A stretch of DNA of 64,000 nucleotides from the human T2T-CHM13v2.0 reference genome, Homo sapiens. The DNA lies in assembly GCA_009914755.4 (NCBI GenBank), contig CP086569.2:12832001-12896000 (forward strand). Reading direction: 5' to 3'. The translations under genes were made by a program, and so were the position numbers. The notes below the pieces were generated by a model, which saw only the letters and a program-made list of their open reading frames with translations, searched no databases and was not told the DNA's origin. How positions within the stretch are numbered: the first letter of the stretch is position 1; each line of letters opens with the position of its first letter. Positions 32,075 to 42,979 of this stretch are shown here, piece after piece.

Positions 32075-32291
32075 GGTATCCGAGAATCAGGCACCCCGAC
32101 AAGATGCCCAAGCGCGCGCACTGGGGGGCCCTCTCTGTGGTGCTGATCCTGCTTTGGGGTCATCCGCGAGTGGCGCTGGCCTGCCCTCATCCTTGTGCCT
32201 GCTACGTCCCCAGCGAGGTCCACTGCACGTTCCGATCCCTGGCTTCTGTGCCCGCTGGCATTGCTAAACATGTGGAAAGAATCAATTTGGG
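32075..32291 (+). pseudogene. MXRA5Y: MXRA5-like start-codon exon: 29-nt 5'UTR, ATG at 32104, signal peptide and LRRNT cysteine cluster; ends at the GT donor at 32292
   Basis: Acceptor cttcgttgttctacctcag|gtatcc. Translation MPKRAHWGALSVVLILLWGHPRVALACPHPCACYVPSEVHCTFRSLASVPAGIAKHVERINLG is a hydrophobic signal peptide plus the CxxxCxC LRR N-cap I recall from the MXRA5/adlican N-terminus. Donor GG|gtttgt, phase 2. Confidence 0.7.
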
Positions 32292-33127
32292 GTTTGTACC
32301 ACCTTCTTCCCGAACCATCCCACTGTCAGTGCGTGCGTCTTGATCTGGTTTTGCAATGAGTGTATGTGCATTTACTTAACTTCATTTGTGCATTTCCTCT
32401 GTGTAGCTCTGTCGACAATTATGGAGCTGCAGATGGGTAGAATAGAGAGGAAAAGTTTTAGTTATGCTAAATACAGCTTTTTTGATGATTATCTGACTAT
32501 ATCCCTTAGCTGCCACTGCTGTAAGGTCTATTAACAAGCAGCATGAACAACTTTAGAGTCTGTTGATAAATTGCCTTGATAGCATTTCTTTAATATATTG
32601 TAGAGGTGAATGCATGAGAAACACACTTAAACATACGAAGATGATTTAAATAGACTTCAGCAACGATTTAAGAATAATAAAAATAAGCAGAACATCTGTG
32701 CCATTTTATAAGTCATGTAGATGATAGAATTGTGACTTTAAGGCAGGAAAAGAATTCCTGCAGATTTTGGCTATTAAAAATGTCAACATCTTTTTTAAAA
32801 CATATTTCGATGTGGTGTGCCAGGTAGAATTTTAATATATTGGTGTCATTTTATACGCACGAAGGTTGTGTGGACCTAAGTGTTAGGTGCTATGAACTAC
32901 AGGTGCTCAACTGCAATTTTAATAGTCAACAATCATTTAGAGTACTTCAACAAAATGTATTAGCTACTTTCTAGCATCTATCCCCAGAACAACTGATTAA
33001 ATTAGTGTCTGAGAAATATCCACCATGGAGATCTTTTAATAAAAATAAAATGTCCAGATTTGAGCAAATGCAAAATAACTGTAAATGTACCTGGACATCT
33101 TATAGAACAAAGTTAAAAAAAAACTTT

Positions 33128-33310
33128 CCTCTATTGACAGTGGTAGAAAAAGAGAATGAAACACTGAGATAATAAGATGGAAATTTCTCTATCGACAGTG
33201 GTAGAGTCAGAGAATGAAACGTTGAGGGAGTAAGGAGGAAACTTCCCTATTGACAGTGGTAGAATTAGACAATGAAACGTTGAGGGAATAAGATGATAAT
33301 TTCCCTAACC
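33128..33310. repeat. Tandem repeat, ~60-bp unit x3
   Basis: c(t)ctat(t/c)gacagtggtaga(a/g)..agagaatgaaac(g/a)ttgag(g/a)ga(a/g)taag(a/g)(t/a)gga repeated three times, intronic. Confidence 0.85.
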
Positions 33311-33559
33311 CATGGCAACAGACCATTAAATAGCTTTCTCAATGAAATGCTGTTAGAGTTTATGAGTTGACCACCTGAACATCCAACCACAACGATGATA
33401 GCTCATTGGGGAAAACAGCTTGGCATTGCCAGAGGAGGGAATAGTAACATGTAAGCCAGCTTCCCTTTTTACAGTCTTGTAATTTATCAGGACACATTTC
33501 TTGTATAATTAAGTAAGAAAAACGGAAGAGGTGCTAAAGCCCATTTGTTTTATTTATTT

Positions 33560-33990
33560 ATTTATTTAACTTTAAGTTCCACGATACATGTGCAGAGTGT
33601 ACAGGTTGTTACATAGGTATATGTGTGCCATGGTGGTTTTCTGCACCTATTGACCCAACCTCTAAGTTCCCTCCTCTCACCCCTCACCCGCCAGCAGGAC
33701 CTGGTGTATGTTGTTCCTCTCCCTGTGCTCCTGTGTTCTCAATGTTCAACTCCCACTTACGAGTGAGAACATGCCACATTTAGTTTTCTCTTCCCCTTGT
33801 TAATTCACTGAGGATGATGGCTTCCAGCTTCATCCAGGTCCCTGAAAATAACAAGATCTCATTCCTTTTTACAGCGCCATAGTATTCCATGGTTTATATG
33901 TACCACATTCTCTTTATCCAGTCTATCATTGGTGGATATTTGGGTTGGTTCCTTGACTGCTAAAGCTCATTTGAATCCTGAGAGATAGCA
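33560..33990 (-). mobile_element. L1 3'-region fragment (antisense)
   Basis: ttaagttccacgatacatgtgcagagtgtacaggttgttacataggtatatgtgtgccatggtggt..gagtgagaacatgccacatttagttttctc..ggcttccagcttcatccaggtccctgaaaa..tagtattccatggtttatatgtaccacattctctttatccagtctatcattggtggatatttgggttggttcc, the antisense L1 3' consensus. Confidence 0.8.
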
Positions 33991-34223
33991 CATGTGATAT
34001 TTGAAAGTGAAGCTTTAACTGTAACTTCTTTTTCTTCCACCCTTGGTGTGCAAAATGGCTCTGTCTAGGAATTGTTTTTTATACATGAACCATTTTAACA
34101 CATGGTCCCACTTGCTGGGATTAACCACCTCATCTCTCAAACCTAGCACCTTGGCAGGTCCCATGCTGGGGGTACCATCAGCCAGTCCTTGGTGGAGCCT
34201 TCTAAAAAGTGTGGGGCTGATGC

Positions 34224-34232
<9 letters not shown>

Positions 34233-34287
<55 letters not shown>
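34233..34287. repeat. (TA)n microsatellite (~27 units)
   Basis: atatatat run; source of the IYIYIY ORFs at 34015-34513. Confidence 0.95.
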
Positions 34288-34288
<1 letters not shown>

Positions 34289-35879
34289 GGTGCTTCCTGC
34301 ACAGCAGGTTTGGGTGTTTGTGTTGTGTGTTGGGAAGGGGGATACCAGGCTGGAAATGAGGGTGGGGACAGTCCCTGCATACAACCTCCCCAAAGAGGTG
34401 ATTTGTTTAATGGCCGGAGACTTACAGCACCAATAAGACTATTACTTCTGAAGTTGTTTGCATCTCATTTACAGTTTCTGGGATGCTTTTCTTCCTGTTC
34501 ATTTTTAAACTGAAGTACTTTGTAAGTGCAAAACATAACTAACCTCTAAATTACAACACCATTTCTGATGGTTTCATTTTAAACAACTCACAATAAAGAT
34601 TGACTTTAATGGGGGAATAAAACAGACATACCAACATGTTAATGTTTCTTTTTCCTATTGATACCAGTAATATCTAGAGATAGTTTTCTGTAATATTAAA
34701 AAGAAAAGAAAAATTTTAAGACCCTAGAGAATTACTTCACTGCATCAACATCTATGCCTTCCATCTGGTTTAATCTGTAATAGGAACTAATATACTATTG
34801 GAAAAACATCACTAATAATATTATAATAGCATTGTTTCAGAAAAATCAATCTCAAATTAGGTAATGAGTCCAGCATCTTGGACTTTGTTGGGGAAAAAAC
34901 CTGAAGCAAGACCAATGTCTAACTGATAACACTCAGAGATTGATTTGTGTTTTAGCAGTCTGGAGAAAATATAAGACTCTCAAGGAATGAGGAATTGTTG
35001 GCCAAGTGCTAATGAAACCTATTCCCACACAGCTGTTTTTAGGATTCTTTGTCAGCATTGGTCTTTCCTGCTTGGACAGACTAAAAGCATTTCTGAAAAT
35101 TGCTTTCCAAATATTTTTTTTCAGGAACCAACAATGTAGCATCCACCTAGAGATGGATTTACAGACTCTTAAATATTTTTCCCTCGATTAAAAGACTGGT
35201 TTTGATTATGACTTTCTGCAACTTTGACAATGCCCATACTCATCCGTTTTATTTTAAGTTCTGCCTTGTGATATTAACCAGAACCTATGACATAATTTTG
35301 CAAATATTGTCTGCCATAAACATTTCACAGAGTCAGTTATATATTCAGTGATTGTCAATCAATAGGTGATGAAGATAGTCTGGAATGTAAGCCAAGGGGC
35401 TAATAAGCCACAGAACTGCACTTTGTACAGGGTCATCCCAGTCTCCAGTTTCCCAGACTGTCTACTGATTTTTAGAAGGATGCAAAAAGGGGACATGTAT
35501 ACCCTCGGTTTCTGAAAGGGGGTACTCAAGTGATTCCCCAGGCTTTTGTCTGTTCCAGAATAACCGCCCCTCTCCCCCATTCTCACATCTGGCACCCTTG
35601 GAATCTGCATCTGCAAGCTCTCTAATGCCCATTAAAAACAATCGGGGGAAGATGACAGTCAGGCACCTTTCTGAGCTGATGTGGAGCCTGTCCCAGACTT
35701 TGTGTGCCCTCCCAAATAGGGGGAATTATTCAGATGTGAAGGGAAATCAACCAGTATTGATCCTTTGTTCCTATTTTCCCTTTTTCTCCACCTTAATAGT
35801 TGTCACCAAAATTCTTAGGTTACTTTTGACATTCAGCTATCCATGGCTTTAATATGAGTCATTCTGTCTGTTTTTCTCA

Positions 35880-36239
35880 ATATCTGTCTATCTATCTATC
35901 TATCTACCTACCTATCTATCTGCTTGTCACCTATCTACCTACCTAACCTCTATCTCTATCATCAATCAGCCAATCTATCTCTCTACCTACACATCATCTA
36001 TCAGTCAATCTTTGTTTCATCTGTCTGCCTATCACCTACCTATCACCTATCTCTAGGGGTTTGGCCCACCAAAGCCCTCTACTCTCCTTCCTGTCCTTTA
36101 ATTATTTCCTTCATCTATCTATTGATCTCTCTATCCTATCTATCATCTCTATTAATCAAGCTACGTATTCTCCATCATCTATTTATCAATAATCTACCTA
36201 CCTATCATCTCTATCAATCAATCAATATCATCTATCCAT

Positions 36240-36284
<45 letters not shown>

Positions 36285-36310
36285 TATTTGTCTGCCTATG
36301 TATGTATGTA
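35880..36310. repeat. Complex (TCTA)n/(TCTG)n/(CCTA)n tetranucleotide tract (~430 bp)
   Basis: tctatctatctatctacctacctatctatctg..; a second pure block tctatctatc x11 at 36240-36285. Confidence 0.9.
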
Positions 36311-37192
36311 TTATCTATCTATGATACTAGTTATCAACAATGGATGAGTTTGCCCCTGGAGAACATTTGGCAACATCTGGAGACCTTTTTGGTGACCACA
36401 ACTACGGAATGAGAACATAGCACACTCTTGAAGTAAAATGTGCTGAGGAACATCCAGCTGTTTCTGACCCATTTCAGAGACTGAGCCTCAGAACCCTATC
36501 TTCTCTGTCTGAATATCTGCCTCCCGTGGGCTCTGTTCAGATTATTTACTCCCAGGGCTCTGTTCCATTGGTTGGTTGGCTAGTCTCCTCTGAATGTGCA
36601 TCGTGGATCTCCATCGTAGTCTTGATCCCTATTCGCCCCTTAGATGCTTACAAAATTCTCAACCATCACATGGTAAATACAGCTTTGAATTGTTTCCCCA
36701 ACACCGTCTCTCTCAGCCTTTGCCATCCAGCAAATGATAGCATCCCCCCACATGGAGAATCCTCCCCTCCAAGATTGTCCTCATTCTCACTCCCACCACT
36801 CAGCAATTTCTGCTGGCTCTTCCTCTAAGTACATTTGGAAATGTTCTGTATGCTTTCATATTTACTGCCTGGTTGTGAATCCAGCATCCCTCAATTTCTC
36901 TGCAGGATTCACCTCATTTCTGCCTCCCTCTCTTGCCCAGCTCTGACAAGTTCTCCAGGTAGTGGCCAACATTGCTGTTTTAACACATACTTCAATTCAT
37001 GTCACTCCCTTCCTTAAACCCTCCAATCACTCCCTTTTGCACTTGGTGTAAATAAAACATAGTCCTTCCCATGTCTTCTCAGCTCTTAGGTAACCTGGTC
37101 ACAGACAATCTCACCTACTCACCTGATACCATTATTTCCCCTGCTTGCTGTATCTAGAGAAATCCCAGCATCCAAGAAATGGAAAAGGATTT

Positions 37193-37385
37193 TTTTTTAA
37201 GATGCAGTCTCACTTTGTTGCCAGGCTGGAGTGCAGTGCTGCTATCTTGGCTCACTGCAACCTCCACTTCCTGGTTTCAAGCAATTCTTCTGCCTTGGCC
37301 TCCCAAGGTAACTCCTTACCTCAAGTGATCCACCCACCTTGGCCTCGCAAAGTGCTGAGATTACAGGCATGAGCCACCCACACGC
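37193..37385 (-). mobile_element. Alu SINE fragment (antisense, internal deletion)
   Basis: ttttttttaagatgcagtctcactttgttgccaggctggagtgcagtg..gtgctgagattacaggcatgagccacc. Confidence 0.7.
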
Positions 37386-37744
37386 AACCTGGAAAAGGAT
37401 TTTGGCGCTGACATCAATTCCCTTTTGTGTGTTCACCATTCCAGACAGATTTGTTCTAAAATCCTAAATAATAATAAACACAACACATCTGCCCAAAGAT
37501 TACCTAGGATTAGAGCAGGATTTCCTCACCTCAGCATAACTGACATTGGGACACTATTATCATTTTGGATAGGATCATTCTTTGTTTTATGTTGCTGTCA
37601 TGTGCATTGTAAAATGTTGAGCAACTTCCCTGACCTTCACCCATTAGATGCCAGTAGCACCTGCTTCCATATTTGTGATCACCAAAAATCTCTACACATG
37701 ATGACAAATGTTCCCTAGAAACAAACTTTTCCCTGGTTGAGAAC

Positions 37745-38141
37745 TACTGCCACAGATAGACAATAGACAGACAAACAGGGAGACAGAAAGACAGACAGAG
37801 AGGCAGACAGATGATACAATGATTGATAGATAGAATGATAAAGATAGATGATAGATAGGTTGATAGATAATAGGATATTAGATGATAGATAAGATAGATG
37901 ATAGACTGATACTGGATAGGATGATAGACTGATAGGTGATAGAGATAGATAAAAAGTAGGTATGTTGATAGGTAGGTGATTGGATGATAGATAGAATAGA
38001 TATACATATGTAGAAAGGTGATAGGTAGATGACAGATAGATGTGATGGATGGATAGATAATAGAAGATAGATAGATAGGATACATAGATATTAGATACAT
38101 AGATGCCATAGATATTAGATACATAGATGGATGGAAAAATA

Positions 38142-38191
<50 letters not shown>

Positions 38192-38695
38192 GTGGTGGAT
38201 GAATAGATACAAGATAGATAATGGAAACATGATAGGATAATAAGCAGATGATAAAATGATAGCTGATAGATGATAGAGATAGATGAAAGGTAGGTATATT
38301 GGTAGGTACATGATAGGATGATAGATAGATGAAATAGATATAGGTACATAGATAGATGATAGATAGATGGATAGATAGATACCCAGATACAGAGCTGGAT
38401 GCAATGGATAGATAGGTAATAGATGGTAGATAGATAGTAGATAGATAGATAGATAGATACAGGTGATGGATGATAGATATATGATAGATAGAAAGATGGA
38501 TGTGATGGATGGATAATAGATGATAGATAAATAGATGTAATGGATGAATAGATATATGATTGATATATAGATGATAGATAATAAATGCTTGACAGATGAT
38601 AGGATGATGAGAGATAGGATTATAGATAGATTGATAGATGATAGGTAGGTAGGTAGGTAGTTAGATAGATAGATACAGACAGAGAGACAGGTAGA
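37745..38695. repeat. Long compound (GATA)n/(GATG)n/(GACA)n tetranucleotide tract (~950 bp)
   Basis: gatagacaatagacagacaaacagg..gatagatagatagatagatagatag (pure x12 at ~38145-38195)..gatggatgg..ggtaggtaggtaggtag. The 340-aa and 201-aa minus-strand ORFs (YLSIYLS) are translations of this tract, not genes. Confidence 0.95.
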
Positions 38696-39961
38696 CAAAT
38701 TTGTACATGCTAAGGTAAGGTTACCAAATTTCTGCAATCTTGATGTTTAGGACTGAATCAATCTGGGTTGTAGGGGCCATCGTGTGCATTACAGGATTTT
38801 GAGCATCATCTCTATAGAGAACAAATCAATGGCCATGCTATAAAGCAGGCAAGCTTGGTGAGTCTAAGGAATAGAAAGATGGCCAATAACTCTGAACTTT
38901 ATGGCAAACAGCAAAATACCAGAGAGGTAACTAATTGTCCACCATGGAATATTCTTCTAAAATGATGAGGCCATGCCCAAGTGGACCAATAATGAATCTC
39001 CAGAAATAAGATGAGGCATCTTGGAGCAGAGAGTTAAGAAACTGAATGAATAGTAAGTCAACCAATAATGGAGTGAAACACTGAAGCTGCACCCAAAACC
39101 AAGTTCCTAATCAGGATCAACAAACCAAACAGTGAGCTTTTGTATAAAGCAATGAAAATCTCTGGGTGTCTTCCTCCATTGGGAATGCCTTTCCCCAAGA
39201 GACCTGTACATGGTCACACCCCTTTGCTTCTGAAGCCCTGCTTCAAATCTCAGCTCCCCAGAGAGCTCTGCCACAGGCATTAACCCACCAAACCCCTCTA
39301 CTCTCCTTCCTGTCCTTTAATTATTTCCTTATGAAATTCACGATTACCTGAAATGATCTTTTTCATTATTTTTACCCTTCTAGTCAACCTTCTTGCTAAC
39401 AGAGCTGAGCCCTTGCCTATTTGGTTGACCCACCCAGAATAGTAACTTGCAGACCCACAAAGCTCAAATTATAGCTGTGACTGCATTGCAAGATGAATCC
39501 ATGCACATAGAATCTGTAGCAGACATCGTTTCATATTGAGGGCATTTCAAACAGCACCTCCCTTATTTTTCCTTTCATTTCTCCATCTCTAAAAGCATTA
39601 GAGCTTGTTTTCAGAGCCAGCTACATCCTGAAGGCACATATAAAGCTGACCTGTACAATGCTTTTGCAATTTTTTAAAGTAAAATTCAAATGGCATGGAA
39701 TTCACTATTGTAGACGCTACAATTCAGTGCCATTTAGTACATTCATACTATTGTGTATACATCATCTCTATCTTGTTCCAAACATTTTTAACACCCCAAA
39801 AGGAGATCTCATATCTGTTAAGCAGTCATGCTCTACTCCCTCTCCTCCTCCAGCCTTTGGGGACCACCACTTTCTTTCCTGTATCTATGAATTTGACTAT
39901 TGTGAACATTTCATATATATGGAATCATACAATATACATTTAATATACATGGAGTCATACA

Positions 39962-40400
39962 ATAGATCAGCAGTCCCCAGCCTTTTTGGCACTGGGGACC
40001 AATTTCATGGAAGACAATTTTTCCACAGACAGGGTTGGGGAGGGGGTGGTTTTGGGATGACTCAAATGCATTACATTGTTGTGCACTTTATTTCTTTTAT
40101 CATTGCATTGTAATATATAATGAAATAAATCTACAACTCACCATAGTGTAGAATCAGTGGGACCCCTGAGTTTATTTTCCTTCAACTAGACAGTTCCATC
40201 TGAGGGTGACAGGAGACAGTGACAGATCATCAGGCATTAGATTCTCATAAGGAGTGCACAACCTAGATCCCTTGCGTACACAGTTCAGAATAGGGTTTGT
40301 GCTTCTGTGAGAATCTCATGCTGTCACTGATCTGACAGGAGGTGGAGCTCAGACAGTAATGCCAGAAATGGGGAGTGGCCATAAATACAGATGGGGTATG
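39962..40400 (+). mobile_element. Palindromic MER-type DNA transposon, copy 4 (3'-truncated)
   Basis: cagcagtccccagcctttttggcactggggaccaatttcatggaagacaatttttccacagac.., collinear with 7970-8506. Confidence 0.6.
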
Positions 40401-40689
40401 GAACTCAGGGAATGTATTTGGACTAGAGAAGCACATATGGTAGTCATCACTGGCGGGTGGGTGGTAATTGGAACCACACATGTGGGAGAGGCCATTGACT
40501 CTGAAGCCAACCAGGAAGGAAAGGGGCTTAGGACCAAGTCAAGGAGGACCCAGTCAGCAAAGATTCAGGCAGAGGAGGAGGAGGAAGCAGTGACTGAGAC
40601 CAAGTTATGGCCGGAAAGGTGGAGAAAATTCCAGAGGATTTCATATCCAGGAGACCAAGAGGATAATGTGAGCTCAAAAGCAAACACTC

Positions 40690-42500
40690 TATGAAGTGTT
40701 TACTATAAATATAGAGAGAGTTATAAATATAGATATAGTTACCTAGATACATACATATTGATTATATATACATTGTATATTATAAATTTATAAATATAGA
40801 GTTATAAATATATAGTTACCTAGATATCTACACATTGATTATATATAAATTGTTATGAATTTATAGAGTTATAAATATATAGTTACCTAGATACATACAA
40901 ATTGATTATATATACATTATATATTAAAAATTTATACTTATAAATATATAGTTACCTAGATACATACATATTGATTATATATTTAAAAATTTATAAATAT
41001 ATTTATAAATATAGATATAGTTCCTAGATAGACACATATTGATTATATATAAATTACATATTATAAATTTATAAATATAGTTATAAATATAGATATAGTT
41101 ACCTAGATACATACATATTGATTATATACAAATCATATATTATGAATTTATATAGAGTTATATAGTTACCTAGATACATACATACTGATTATATATAAAT
41201 TATATATTATAAACTTATAAATATAGATATAGTTACCTAGATACATATATATTGACTATATATAAATTATATATTATAAATTTATAGAGTTATAGATATA
41301 GTTACCTAGATACATGCATATTGATTATATATAAATTATATATTATAACTTTATAGAGAGAGTTATAAATATAGATATATTTACCTAGAAATATACATAT
41401 TGGTTATATACAAATTAAATATTATAAATATAGTTATAAATATATAGTTCCTAGATAGATACATATTGATTATATATAAATTATATATTATAAATTTATA
41501 AATACATAGTTATAAATATAGTTACCTAGATACATACATATCAATTATATATTTATATATAAATATATGTTATATATTTATATATAAATATATGTTATAT
41601 ATTTATATATAAATATATGTTATATATTTATATATAAATATATGTTATATATTTATATATAAATATATGTTATATATTTATATATAAATATATGTTATAT
41701 ATTTTAAATTTAGAATTTAAATTTATCATTTAAATTTATAAATGATTTATAATATAAATATATTGATTTATATATATTTATAATATAAAGATGTTGATTA
41801 TATATTACTTATAAATATATGTTTCTCTATAAATTTATATATTGTTATATCACAATTTTAAAAAGTAAATATGATGTGATACATGCCAGAGATTCTTCCT
41901 TTTACCTGAAAATGCTTTCACGGGTTTATATATTTATATCCATATATATTTATATATTATTTATATATATTTAGATATAAATATACATTGATTATATGTC
42001 TATATATCTACATATAATATATTTATTGATATATCAATATATGTTTATATATCATGATAGATATATATCTATATATTATATTATATATTATATATAAAAT
42101 ATAATATAAAATATAATATATATAATATAATATAAAATATAATATATAGATATATATCTATCATGATAAACATATATTGATATACCAATAGATATATATC
42201 TTATTTATTATATATTATACAGATATATATCATTATAATATATATTTAATCTATATATAGATATATAATATCTATATTTATATATTATATATAATATAGA
42301 TATATATTATATAATTATATATATTCTATATATTATATAGATATATAATAGATCTCTATATTATATCTATATAGTATATATAGATATATATAGATAGAGA
42401 GATCTATTATATATCTATATATTATATAGATATATATTATGTAAATATATATCTATTAAGATAGATACATATTTGTATATATTGAGATAGATATATATAT
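40690..42500. repeat. AT-rich minisatellite complex (~1.8 kb): ~62-bp unit x~13 (40690-41535), ~25-bp unit x6 (41535-41700), then AT-dinucleotide-rich palindromic low complexity
   Basis: Unit agttacctagatacatacatattgattatatataaattatatattataaatttataaatat(agat)... reiterated with variants, then tatatatttatatataaatatatgttata x6. It lies immediately upstream (intronic) of the giant exon. Confidence 0.9.
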
Positions 42501-42979
42501 AAATATTTTTTATATATAGGTATATATATAAAGACAAAAAACAACAAAAAATAGATATGATGTGATACATGCAAAGATTCATCCTTTTACCTAGAAATGT
42601 TTCCCCAGTTTGTAGTTATTTATACAGATTCTTCTAAACTTTCACAGAAGGTACATTGTATAATGTATATGAGTGAAGCTGTTTTCTTTAACTTAGAAAT
42701 GTTTTTTAAATACCTGTTAGTAAGTATTTTAAGATATTTTTAAGTAAAAATTATTATTAATGGTTAAGCAGTTATAAAGCATCCATTAGTTACCACACAG
42801 TGTACTAAAACTGTGGTTTAACATGCCTTAAAGGCAACTCATGTATAGGATTCCTTGTTTATGGGATTACAGCTGGGTGATAAAGACGCAAACATAGGTT
42901 TTATCCTCTGGCCATGTACAAGGCGTGCCATTCTTTGGCTCCTTACCCTATTGAGTGTCTATTTGCTTATTTGTTTTAG

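Noticed and set aside
35006-35191. ORF ending ..QQCSIHLEMDLQTLKYFSLD, superficially leucine-rich
   Set aside because: Checked as a possible remnant LRR exon of the MXRA5-like gene, but it lacks the LxxLxLxxN periodicity and has no splice-site support; treated as chance.
37715-38737. 340-aa and 201-aa minus-strand ORFs (YLSIYLSIYLS...)
   Set aside because: Pure translation of the (GATA)n/(TCTA)n microsatellite; no start context, extreme low complexity.
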